NCBI GenBank assembly: GCA_964347785.1
Contig: CAYFZH010000001.1
Span: 35,589-99,588 of the forward strand
Length of the DNA: 64,000 nucleotides
Direction of reading: 5' to 3'
Source of the DNA: an uncultured Candidatus Saccharibacteria bacterium
GTDB taxonomy: Bacteria; Patescibacteriota; Minisyncoccia; Phycocordibacterales; Zambryskibacteraceae
Shown: one piece after another, positions 54,060 to 61,666 of the stretch
Numbering within the stretch: the stretch's first letter is position 1
Layout of the letters: each line of letters starts with the position of its first letter
The notes under the pieces: model-generated
The model's database searches: none
The model's input: the letters and a program-made list of their open reading frames with translations, nothing else
What the model was told of the DNA's origin: nothing
Program-made: the position numbers and the translations under genes

Positions 54060-55105
54060 TGGACATCCTCAAGGTTATCATCCCCACAGTGCTCACCTTC
54101 TCGATAGGGATACTTATCACCCCGATCTTTTCTCGTTATTTCTATAAGTACAAGATGTGGAAGAAGTCTGCTCGTATCCACTCCGATACATCAGAGGCCT
54201 TCGGCGCCATACATAACACCGAGCACGAGGTTTCGACTCCGCGCATTGGTGGGGTGATTATCTGGGTAGCGGTCTTCCTCACTGTGTTTGCTATCTATGC
54301 TCTCTCGAGACTCTTCCCCACAGAGCTTGCTCTGGGGGTAGACTTCTTTAGCCGTTCGCAGACAGTGGTACCGCTCGGAGCCTTCTTCCTCGCAGCACTC
54401 ATTGGACTCTTCGACGACCTCCTCCAGATCTTCGGGCATGGTAGTTATGCCAAGGATCCTCTCATCTACCGCAAGGTCAAGATTTTCTTCATCACACTCA
54501 TTGGACTCTCTATCGCACTCTGGTTCTACTACAAGCTTGACTTCGTCTCAGTGTACGTACCGTTTGTCGGAGAATGGTTCCTCGGGATGTGGTTTGTACC
54601 ATTCTTTGTCCTCGTGATGCTTGCCACCTTCTCTACCTCTGTCATCGACGGGATAGACGGTTTGTCTGGCGGTGTCTTGGCTTCATGCTTCACTGCCTTC
54701 GCGGTGATCGCCTTCATCGGTGCACAGTACGACATCTCGGCACTCGCTGGTGCTATCGCGGGAGGTATACTGGCCTTCCTCTGGTTCAACATCCCACCAG
54801 CGAGGTTCTATATGGGGGAGACAGGTATGCTCTCGCTCACGGTCGTGCTCTCGGTGATCGCCTTCCTGACAGACTCAGTTCTCCTCCTGCCTCTTATCGG
54901 ACTCCCGCTTGTAGCCACTTCTGCTTCTGTCATCATCCAGACGAAGGTCTATCGATATTGTGGAGGTAGGAGAGTGTTCAAGGTGGCACCACTCCACCAC
55001 CACTTCCAAGCACTCGGCTGGCCGAGAGAGAAGGTGGTGATGAGGTATTGGATCGTCTCCGTCATCTGCGCTATCACCGGTGTGATCTTATATATAGTAA
55101 GCTAA
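54059..55105 (+). CDS. mraY: Phospho-N-acetylmuramoyl-pentapeptide transferase MraY
   Basis: 10-TM protein with DDxxQ-like DDLLQ, IDGIDGL and the C-terminal PLHHHFQALGW motif. Confidence 0.8.
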   Translation: MDILKVIIPTVLTFSIGILITPIFSRYFYKYKMWKKSARIHSDTSEAFGAIHNTEHEVSTPRIGGVIIWVAVFLTVFAIYALSRLFPTELALGVDFFSRSQTVVPLGAFFLAALIGLFDDLLQIFGHGSYAKDPLIYRKVKIFFITLIGLSIALWFYYKLDFVSVYVPFVGEWFLGMWFVPFFVLVMLATFSTSVIDGIDGLSGGVLASCFTAFAVIAFIGAQYDISALAGAIAGGILAFLWFNIPPARFYMGETGMLSLTVVLSVIAFLTDSVLLLPLIGLPLVATSASVIIQTKVYRYCGGRRVFKVAPLHHHFQALGWPREKVVMRYWIVSVICAITGVILYIVS

Positions 55106-55109
55106 ACGA

Positions 55110-56195
55110 GTGACCAAGCTTAAAAAGCTTAAGAGTTGGTACGAAGAACATGAGAAGCATATCTCTACTTCTTCACTTATCTTCGGATTCGTCTTCGACG
55201 CGCTGACACTCAAGCGTATCGACTCGCTCCTCGACAACCTCTGGTTGGGGGTCAACCTGTTCGCGGTGGCACTCTGTATCCTGCTTATCAACAGAGCAGA
55301 GAACTCGGGTAAGTTTTCTGAGTGGAAACATTTCTGGTACTTCAACACCTTACAATTCTCATTCGGAGCGCTTCTCGGTGCATCATTTATCTTCTACTTC
55401 CGTTCGGCAACTCTTGCGGTCAGTTGGCCCTTCCTCCTCATCCTCCTTGGAGCGATGGTGGGCAACGAGGTGTTGAAGAAGCATTACGATAGGCTCACCT
55501 TCCAACTCTCGTTTCTCTTCCTCTCGATCTTCGTCTTCGCCATCTTCCTCATACCGGTACTGATGCACAAGGTAGGGGCACCCATCTTCCTCTTGAGTGG
55601 GGGAGTGAGCCTGTTGCTTATCTATCTCTTCGTCTCTGCGCTCAAGAAGTTTGCCAAGGAGAAATTCCGCAAGGGTAGTTCTGAGCGTATCTGGGTCTCC
55701 ATCTTCTCAATCTTCTTTATCATCAATGCGTTGTACTTCACCAACCTTATCCCGCCTATCCCGCTCTCACTCAAGGATGCCGGTGTGTATCACTCGATCG
55801 CTGTCGGTAGTCGCGGAGAGTATCTAGTCTCAGAAGAAGAGAGGGTAGGTTGGAAGAGATATCTAGAACTTAGACAGAAGGTACACCTCCTCCCCAATGA
55901 ACCTCTCTATGCCTATGCGGCCATCTTTGCCCCTGGCTCTCTCAATACTCGAGTAGTCCACGAGTGGCAGTACAGAAACGAGTTCGGTGAGTGGGTGACT
56001 GCAACTAGGATCTCGATCACTCTCTCGGGTGGGCGTGACCAAGGCTTCCGCACTTACTCGAACAAGACGAGCCTTACCCCTGGAATCTGGAGAGTAAACA
56101 TCGAGAACCCACGAGGTCAGCTCATCGGGAGGGTCAACTTCGAGATTATTGCTGTAGATACTCAAGTCCCACTTGTGACCACGGTAAAGGATTGA
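55110..56195 (+). CDS. Hypothetical membrane protein (6 TM + C-terminal beta-rich soluble domain) inside the cell-wall cluster
   Basis: Hydrophobicity pattern. Position between mraY and ftsW. Confidence 0.5.
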   Translation: MTKLKKLKSWYEEHEKHISTSSLIFGFVFDALTLKRIDSLLDNLWLGVNLFAVALCILLINRAENSGKFSEWKHFWYFNTLQFSFGALLGASFIFYFRSATLAVSWPFLLILLGAMVGNEVLKKHYDRLTFQLSFLFLSIFVFAIFLIPVLMHKVGAPIFLLSGGVSLLLIYLFVSALKKFAKEKFRKGSSERIWVSIFSIFFIINALYFTNLIPPIPLSLKDAGVYHSIAVGSRGEYLVSEEERVGWKRYLELRQKVHLLPNEPLYAYAAIFAPGSLNTRVVHEWQYRNEFGEWVTATRISITLSGGRDQGFRTYSNKTSLTPGIWRVNIENPRGQLIGRVNFEIIAVDTQVPLVTTVKD

Positions 56196-56226
56196 TTTAA
56201 TCCAAATATGTTGTATTATATGTTTT

Positions 56227-57267
56227 ATGAAAAAGTGGCTCAAGAGACACTTCATACCCAGAGAGGAGAACGGTTATAGACCTGAGTTTCTCTCTGCACG
56301 CAACATGCGTCACATAGCGGGTGTGGCACTCTTCTTCGAGCTGATTCTCTTCGTCCTACCGTTTCTCAACACCACCACTTACTTCAGTAACCTTGATCTC
56401 TCTGCCGTCCTCCCTGGGGTACTCTCGACTATCACCAATGAAGAGAGGGAGAAGATGGCTCTACCAGAGCTAGTGGAGAACCCTGTGCTCGACAAGGTGG
56501 CACAGATGAAGGCTGAGGATATGGCAAGCAAGGGGTACTTCGCTCACACTTCTCCAGAAGGGAAGAGCCCTTGGTACTGGTTCGATAAGGTTGGTTACAA
56601 ATATCTCTATGCGGGAGAGAACTTGGCGGTTAACTTCTCTGACTCAAGAGAAGTGGCACGCGCTTGGATGAATTCTCCGAGTCACAAGGAGAACATTGTG
56701 AACGCTGGATACACAGAAGTCGGCACAGGGATCGCCTCTGGCGTCTATGAGGGTCGAGAGACTATCTTCGTCGTACAGGTGTACGGATCTCCGTCTGCAA
56801 GAAATGTAGTCGCAAAAGCTAGTAGTGATTTCTTCGCGCTTAACCCTCTCTCCGGGGGCTCCGACACGACTCAGAAATCACAACTAGCTCCTGCTCCTCA
56901 ATCTTTGGCTAAGACTAGCGAGGTGACTACCGAAGTTCTCGGTGCTTCAGAAGTGTCTGTGGCTAAGGTCAATGTCACCGAGAGACTGATGAAGAGTCCT
57001 AGCTTCTGGCAGAAGGCGCTGACTTCTCCAAGTCAGACGACTAGGGCCGTTTTCTACACCATCCTTTCTATTCTCTTTATCGCACTTTTCTTCAATATCG
57101 TGATCCACTTCGAGCGTCAGTATCCAGATCTCATCACCAATGGTCTCGTAGTGGCAGCTCTCATACTCGCTTTCAACATAGGTAACGACATCATCGCCAA
57201 GAGTCGCCTTGAGACCTCCTTTGTCGCCTTCAACAACACCACAGTATCAAGTGTCCCTACAGAGTAG
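56227..57267 (+). CDS. CAP/SCP/PR1-domain protein with N-terminal and C-terminal TM anchors
   Basis: CAP domain motifs (GYFAHTSPEG, GENLA, W.NSPSHKENI, YTEVGTGI). Confidence 0.65.
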   Translation: MKKWLKRHFIPREENGYRPEFLSARNMRHIAGVALFFELILFVLPFLNTTTYFSNLDLSAVLPGVLSTITNEEREKMALPELVENPVLDKVAQMKAEDMASKGYFAHTSPEGKSPWYWFDKVGYKYLYAGENLAVNFSDSREVARAWMNSPSHKENIVNAGYTEVGTGIASGVYEGRETIFVVQVYGSPSARNVVAKASSDFFALNPLSGGSDTTQKSQLAPAPQSLAKTSEVTTEVLGASEVSVAKVNVTERLMKSPSFWQKALTSPSQTTRAVFYTILSILFIALFFNIVIHFERQYPDLITNGLVVAALILAFNIGNDIIAKSRLETSFVAFNNTTVSSVPTE

Positions 57268-57276
57268 TGCTATAAT
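57268..57276 (+). promoter_or_regulatory. Extended -10 promoter TGCTATAAT for the ftsW transcript
   Basis: Perfect TATAAT with an upstream TG, immediately after the CAP-gene stop. Confidence 0.45.
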
Positions 57277-57288
57277 CTGTCATCATGG

Positions 57289-57410
57289 TCCCGTTAGAAG
57301 CCTCGGTCACGGTTTCAATAGGAGCCATAAGTAAATATGAAAAACAATAAAAAATTTATCAGAAATATCATTAAGCAAAGCTCGCTGACCGAGACCTGCT
57401 TCTAACGGGA
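57289..57410 (+). promoter_or_regulatory. About 120-nt structured ftsW 5' leader: 20-25-nt imperfect inverted repeat (tcccgttagaagcctcggtca / tgaccgagacctgcttctaacggga) enclosing an AT-rich loop, with the 3' arm ending at the ftsW ATG
   Basis: The long-range IR closes over the ribosome-loading region. The loop contains a 22-codon micro-ORF (MKNNKKFIRNIIKQSSLTETCF). Confidence 0.4.
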
Positions 57411-58519
57411 TGGCAGTTAGTCGGATAAAGGTGGACAAAAGTTTCCTCTTCGTCACCGTCACGCTCATCGTAGCGGGCTTCTTTATCTTCTCTTCGGCAT
57501 CCTTGGGACTCTTGGCGAAAGAGAGTTCCAACTACTCGAGCGTCGCCTTCTCTCAGACAGTGCTCGGGCTCTTCTTGGGAACTCTCGCGATGATCGTTGC
57601 CACAAGGCTCGATGTGAAGTTCTGGAAGACGTGGGCCTTCTACATATTTGTCCTTGGGATTGTCCTCAACGTGCTCGTACTCTTCCCCCAGATTGGATGG
57701 GAGCATGGTGGTGCAAGACGTTGGATCAAGCTGGGGACATTTTCCTTCCAACCTTCTGAGATTCTCAAGTTCGGTTTCGTAGTCTACTTCGCTGCGTGGT
57801 GTGCCTCGGTCAAGAGTAAGATGGAGAGCTTCTCTCATGGATTTCTACCACTCGTAATGTTGCTCGGTATCTGCGGAGGTCTGCTTCTCCAGCAACCAGA
57901 TACAGATACATTTCTCATCATCGTCGTGACTGGTCTGGCTATGTATCTGGCAGGGGGAGGGAGGTGGCGTTACGTCTTCCTCGTCGGTCTTGTGGGAGTG
58001 ATGGGGCTTGGGTTCCTCGCCTTCACCCGACCTTATGTGATGCAACGTATCGAAACATTCTTCAACCCTACGGCGGATGCTCTGGGAGCGAGTTACCAGA
58101 TCCAGCAGTCTCTCATCGCTATCGGCTCTGGAGGAGTTTTCGGGCGAGGGTTCGGTCAGAGTGTGCAGAAGTTTACTTACTTGCCTGAGCCAGTGGGGGA
58201 CTCAATCTTCGCTGTGGCAGCAGAGGAGTTCGGCTTCGTCGGCTCGGTGGTACTCATAGGACTCTTCCTCCTCTTCGCCATGAGGGGGCTCAAGATCGCA
58301 TCTGCGGTCTCAAATATGCAAGCTCGACTGGTGGTGGTCGGAATTGTTACAATGATCATATCCCAAGCGTTCGTCAATATTGGCGCCATGCTGGGAGTCT
58401 TGCCACTCTCGGGTATTACACTGCCTTTCGTCAGTCACGGGGGCACATCACTCTTCATCAGTCTCTTCGAAGTGGGAGTGTTGCTCTCTATCTCTAAAAT
58501 TCAGAAACAATCCTCATGA
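57410..58519 (+). CDS. ftsW: Peptidoglycan glycosyltransferase FtsW/RodA (SEDS family)
   Basis: 10-TM SEDS consensus (..PSE..K....Y.A.W; GHGGTSL..). 369 aa. Confidence 0.85.
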   Translation: MAVSRIKVDKSFLFVTVTLIVAGFFIFSSASLGLLAKESSNYSSVAFSQTVLGLFLGTLAMIVATRLDVKFWKTWAFYIFVLGIVLNVLVLFPQIGWEHGGARRWIKLGTFSFQPSEILKFGFVVYFAAWCASVKSKMESFSHGFLPLVMLLGICGGLLLQQPDTDTFLIIVVTGLAMYLAGGGRWRYVFLVGLVGVMGLGFLAFTRPYVMQRIETFFNPTADALGASYQIQQSLIAIGSGGVFGRGFGQSVQKFTYLPEPVGDSIFAVAAEEFGFVGSVVLIGLFLLFAMRGLKIASAVSNMQARLVVVGIVTMIISQAFVNIGAMLGVLPLSGITLPFVSHGGTSLFISLFEVGVLLSISKIQKQSS

Positions 58520-59661
58520 GAATCTTATTTACCGGCGGAGGGACAGGAGGACACTTCTACCCTATCATCTCTGTAGCTCAAGAGCTCAACGCCTTGGCTA
58601 AGGAGAAGAAACTTCTCGATCTCGAGCTGTTCTATATGGCACCGACACCGTACAACCCTGGTGTCCTCTTCGAGAACAATATTACTTATAAGAAAAATAG
58701 TGCCGGCAAACTCCGCCGGTCTGCTGGTGTGGTGAGCTCCCTTAGAAACTTCTTCGACTTATTCAAAACTGCGTGGGGAGTCTTTACCTCCGTGGTGCAA
58801 GTCTATCGTCTTTACCCAGACGTCATCTTCGGCAAGGGTGGCTACGCCTCATTCCCAGCACTTCTTGCTGGGCGGATTCTCCGTATACCAGTAGTGATCC
58901 ACGAGTCTGACACCGTACCGGGGAGAGTGAACTTGTGGGCGGGGAAGTTTGCCCAGCGAGTCGCTGTCTCGTATCGAGACGCGGCGAAGTACTTCGCATC
59001 AGAGAAGGTGGCTTATACAGGGCAACCTCTCCGACCTGAGATTACTCACCCGCTGACAGAAGGAGCCAGAGACTTCTTGAAGATTGAGAACGATATCCCT
59101 GTCGTACTCGTCCTCGGAGGTTCTCAAGGTGCTCAGAAGATCAACGACACTATCCTCGAGTCCCTGAAGCCTCTAGTAGAGAAGTACGTGGTCGTACACC
59201 AGACTGGTCCCAACAATATCCTCGAGGCCAAAGCCACTGCTGATGCTGTCCTCCACAGCTCACCGCACAAGGACCGTTATAAACCTTTCGACTACCTCAA
59301 CCCCCTAGCGCTCCGTATGTCTGCTGGAGTGGCAAGTGTGGTGGTCTCGAGAGCGGGCTCAACTATATTCGAGATCGCTTCTTGGGAAGTGCCGGCGATC
59401 ATCATTCCTATCAACGAGAAGGTCAGTCGTGACCAGCACACAAATGCTTTCGCCTTCGCTCGGGCGGGAGGCTGTGAGGTGATTGAGGAGAAGAACCTCC
59501 GTCCCAATATCCTCCAAGCAGAGATCGAACGCTTGGTGACCAATAAGGAAGTGAGAGACAAGATGCGCGAAGCGGATAAGATATTTTACAAACCAGATGC
59601 AGGCAAGCTCATCGCCGAAGAAGTGCTCAAGATTGCCCTAAGTCACGAGATAGAGAAATAA
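58516..59661 (+). CDS. murG: Undecaprenyldiphospho-muramoylpentapeptide beta-N-acetylglucosaminyltransferase MurG
   Basis: GT28 N-terminal motif (ILFTGGGTGGHFYP) and C-terminal motifs. 4-nt overlap with ftsW. Confidence 0.9.
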   Translation: MRILFTGGGTGGHFYPIISVAQELNALAKEKKLLDLELFYMAPTPYNPGVLFENNITYKKNSAGKLRRSAGVVSSLRNFFDLFKTAWGVFTSVVQVYRLYPDVIFGKGGYASFPALLAGRILRIPVVIHESDTVPGRVNLWAGKFAQRVAVSYRDAAKYFASEKVAYTGQPLRPEITHPLTEGARDFLKIENDIPVVLVLGGSQGAQKINDTILESLKPLVEKYVVVHQTGPNNILEAKATADAVLHSSPHKDRYKPFDYLNPLALRMSAGVASVVVSRAGSTIFEIASWEVPAIIIPINEKVSRDQHTNAFAFARAGGCEVIEEKNLRPNILQAEIERLVTNKEVRDKMREADKIFYKPDAGKLIAEEVLKIALSHEIEK

Positions 59662-59698
59662 AAATGTTAAAGGGCGCGGTCCCGTAGGATCCGCGCCC
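59659..59698. terminator. Bidirectional terminator gggcgcgg..ccgcgccc preceded by a T-tract on the minus side
   Basis: 8-bp GC stem. It terminates minus-strand gene 59714..60256 and may also terminate murG. Confidence 0.55.
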
Positions 59699-59713
59699 AG
59701 TCTTGCTACTCGA

Positions 59714-60256
59714 TCAGGCGATCCGCTCGCGAATCCTGTAGATCCGCTCGCGAATGTCTCGTCTGATGAGTTTGTACATCTCCCCGATGAGGTCCCGCAG
59801 GTGGCGAAACGGCGGAGGCACCTGCTCGCTCTCGTAGTCGAGCGCCGGCCAGATTTGGCCGAGCCTGATGAGCTGGTAGAGCTCACGCAGATCCGAGATG
59901 TTCTTGGCTCGGAGCTTCACATGGTAGTGGCGATCTCTGTTCGAACTGATTTCTTCGAGACTCGCACTCGCCGACATGAGTCGATAGTGGCCGAGACGTC
60001 GACGGGGGGAGAGTCCTTCACCGAAGTTGTCGTAGTAGCTGACCTCCTCGACGAATTCCCGAAGAACCTTCGGAACGTCCGTGAGCAGGTCATCAAGATA
60101 GATGGTGATCTTCCCGTTACCGTAGTCTGCTACCTCGACCTCGTTGATGGTCAGCACATCGTGCTGACGTCGATTGTCACCGCTCCCGCCCCATCGTTGG
60201 GAAACTGAAGCCCCGGCATTCAACAGGGCCTCTCGATTGAGATAGGCTTGCAACAT
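59714..60256 (-). CDS. GC-rich orphan hypothetical protein (180 aa; Arg-rich, C-terminal RIRERI repeats)
   Basis: About 59% GC against about 46% in flanking genes. Opposite strand to all neighbours, with its own terminator. No recognisable domain. Confidence 0.45.
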   Translation of the reverse strand: MLQAYLNREALLNAGASVSQRWGGSGDNRRQHDVLTINEVEVADYGNGKITIYLDDLLTDVPKVLREFVEEVSYYDNFGEGLSPRRRLGHYRLMSASASLEEISSNRDRHYHVKLRAKNISDLRELYQLIRLGQIWPALDYESEQVPPPFRHLRDLIGEMYKLIRRDIRERIYRIRERIA

Positions 60257-60466
60257 GGGTCACCTTTCTTCTTTCTGCCTCCGGCTTTGTTTCCGGTGGT
60301 CAGTGAGTGGTCTAAAGAACACACGCTTTCGGGCGTGACCGGTTACTTAGATTTCACCAGTACTTACATAATACACCCAAATTAGTACTTTGTCAAGTAA
60401 ACCACAAAATAAGCCTAGAAATAAGGGTGTCTTAAGAGATGATTGGTCTATGCTAAAATATTCTTC

Positions 60467-61666
60467 ATGAATGAGAAAATCGTAGTTCGCATACCACCAT
60501 CCCCGACAGGGAACCTGCATATCGGTACAGCTCGTACTGCTCTCTTCAACTACCTCTTTGCCAAGAAGCATGGGGGCAAGGTATTACTCCGTAGTGAGGA
60601 CACAGACAAGGAGAGGTCTAAGAAAGAATTCGAAGACAATATTATAGAAGGTCTGGCTTGGCTTGGTGTCGAGTATGACGGTGAGATGGTCAGACAGTCG
60701 GAGAGAACTGAGATTTATATTAAGTATCTCAAGCAAATGATTGAGGGTGGTACCGCTTATGTTTCTAAAGAGGAACCCAAGGAAGAGGGTCAGAGAGCAG
60801 AAGTGATACGACTTAGGAATCCCAACAAGAAGGTGAAGTTTAACGACCTCGTCCGCGGAGAGATCGAGTTCGACACGACCGAGCTCAAGGACTTCGTCAT
60901 AGCGAAGAGTCTTGAGGAGCCACTCTACCACCTCGCTGTAGTAGTGGATGATCACGAGATGGGTGTGACACACATCATCCGTGGAGAAGACCATATCTCA
61001 AACACTCCCAGACAGATCTTGATCCAAGAAGCATTGGGTCTGCCACGCCCTGAGTATGCTCACATTCCTCTTATCCTTGCTCCAGATCGCTCCAAACTCT
61101 CTAAGAGGCACGGCGCTACTTCTCTCGCTGAATACAAAGAGAAGGGTTATCTTCCACAAGCGATGGTGAATTATCTGGCACTCCTCGGTTGGAACCCGGG
61201 TACAGAGCAAGAAATCTTCTCTATGTCAGAGCTTATCGAGCAGTTCGACCTCAAGAAGATTCAGAAGGGGGGAGCGATCTTCGACGAGAAGAAGCTGGAG
61301 TGGGTCAACAAGGAGCATGTAAAGCTCTTGCCACCCGAGGAGCAGAGAGCTCGACTACTCGCCTCGATACAGGATGAGCCATATATGAAGGGTGTACCAG
61401 AACTAGATTTGTCGAAGATTTGTTGGAAGGAGGTTAGTAAGGAAGATACCAAGAATCACTTGGCTAAGGTCAAGGAAATGCTAGGAGACCCAGATGCTAC
61501 AATGAAGTACGCAGAACAAGTGGGGAAGGGGAATGTCCTCTGGCCTCTGCGCTACGCTCTCTCTGGTCTTGAGAAGTCTCCGGACCCGTTTACTTTGCTC
61601 TCGATTCTCGGTCAAGAAGAATCCCTCAGGCGTGTTGAGAGAGCGATCGAAGCCCTCAACCAATAA
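60467..61666 (+). CDS. gltX: Glutamyl-tRNA synthetase (short)
   Basis: HIGH (PSPTGNLHIGTAR) and KMSKS-like KLSKR motifs. An extended -10 (TGCTAAAAT) lies 7 nt upstream of the ATG. The ORF-track TTG at 60443 is an extension. Confidence 0.85.
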   Translation: MNEKIVVRIPPSPTGNLHIGTARTALFNYLFAKKHGGKVLLRSEDTDKERSKKEFEDNIIEGLAWLGVEYDGEMVRQSERTEIYIKYLKQMIEGGTAYVSKEEPKEEGQRAEVIRLRNPNKKVKFNDLVRGEIEFDTTELKDFVIAKSLEEPLYHLAVVVDDHEMGVTHIIRGEDHISNTPRQILIQEALGLPRPEYAHIPLILAPDRSKLSKRHGATSLAEYKEKGYLPQAMVNYLALLGWNPGTEQEIFSMSELIEQFDLKKIQKGGAIFDEKKLEWVNKEHVKLLPPEEQRARLLASIQDEPYMKGVPELDLSKICWKEVSKEDTKNHLAKVKEMLGDPDATMKYAEQVGKGNVLWPLRYALSGLEKSPDPFTLLSILGQEESLRRVERAIEALNQ

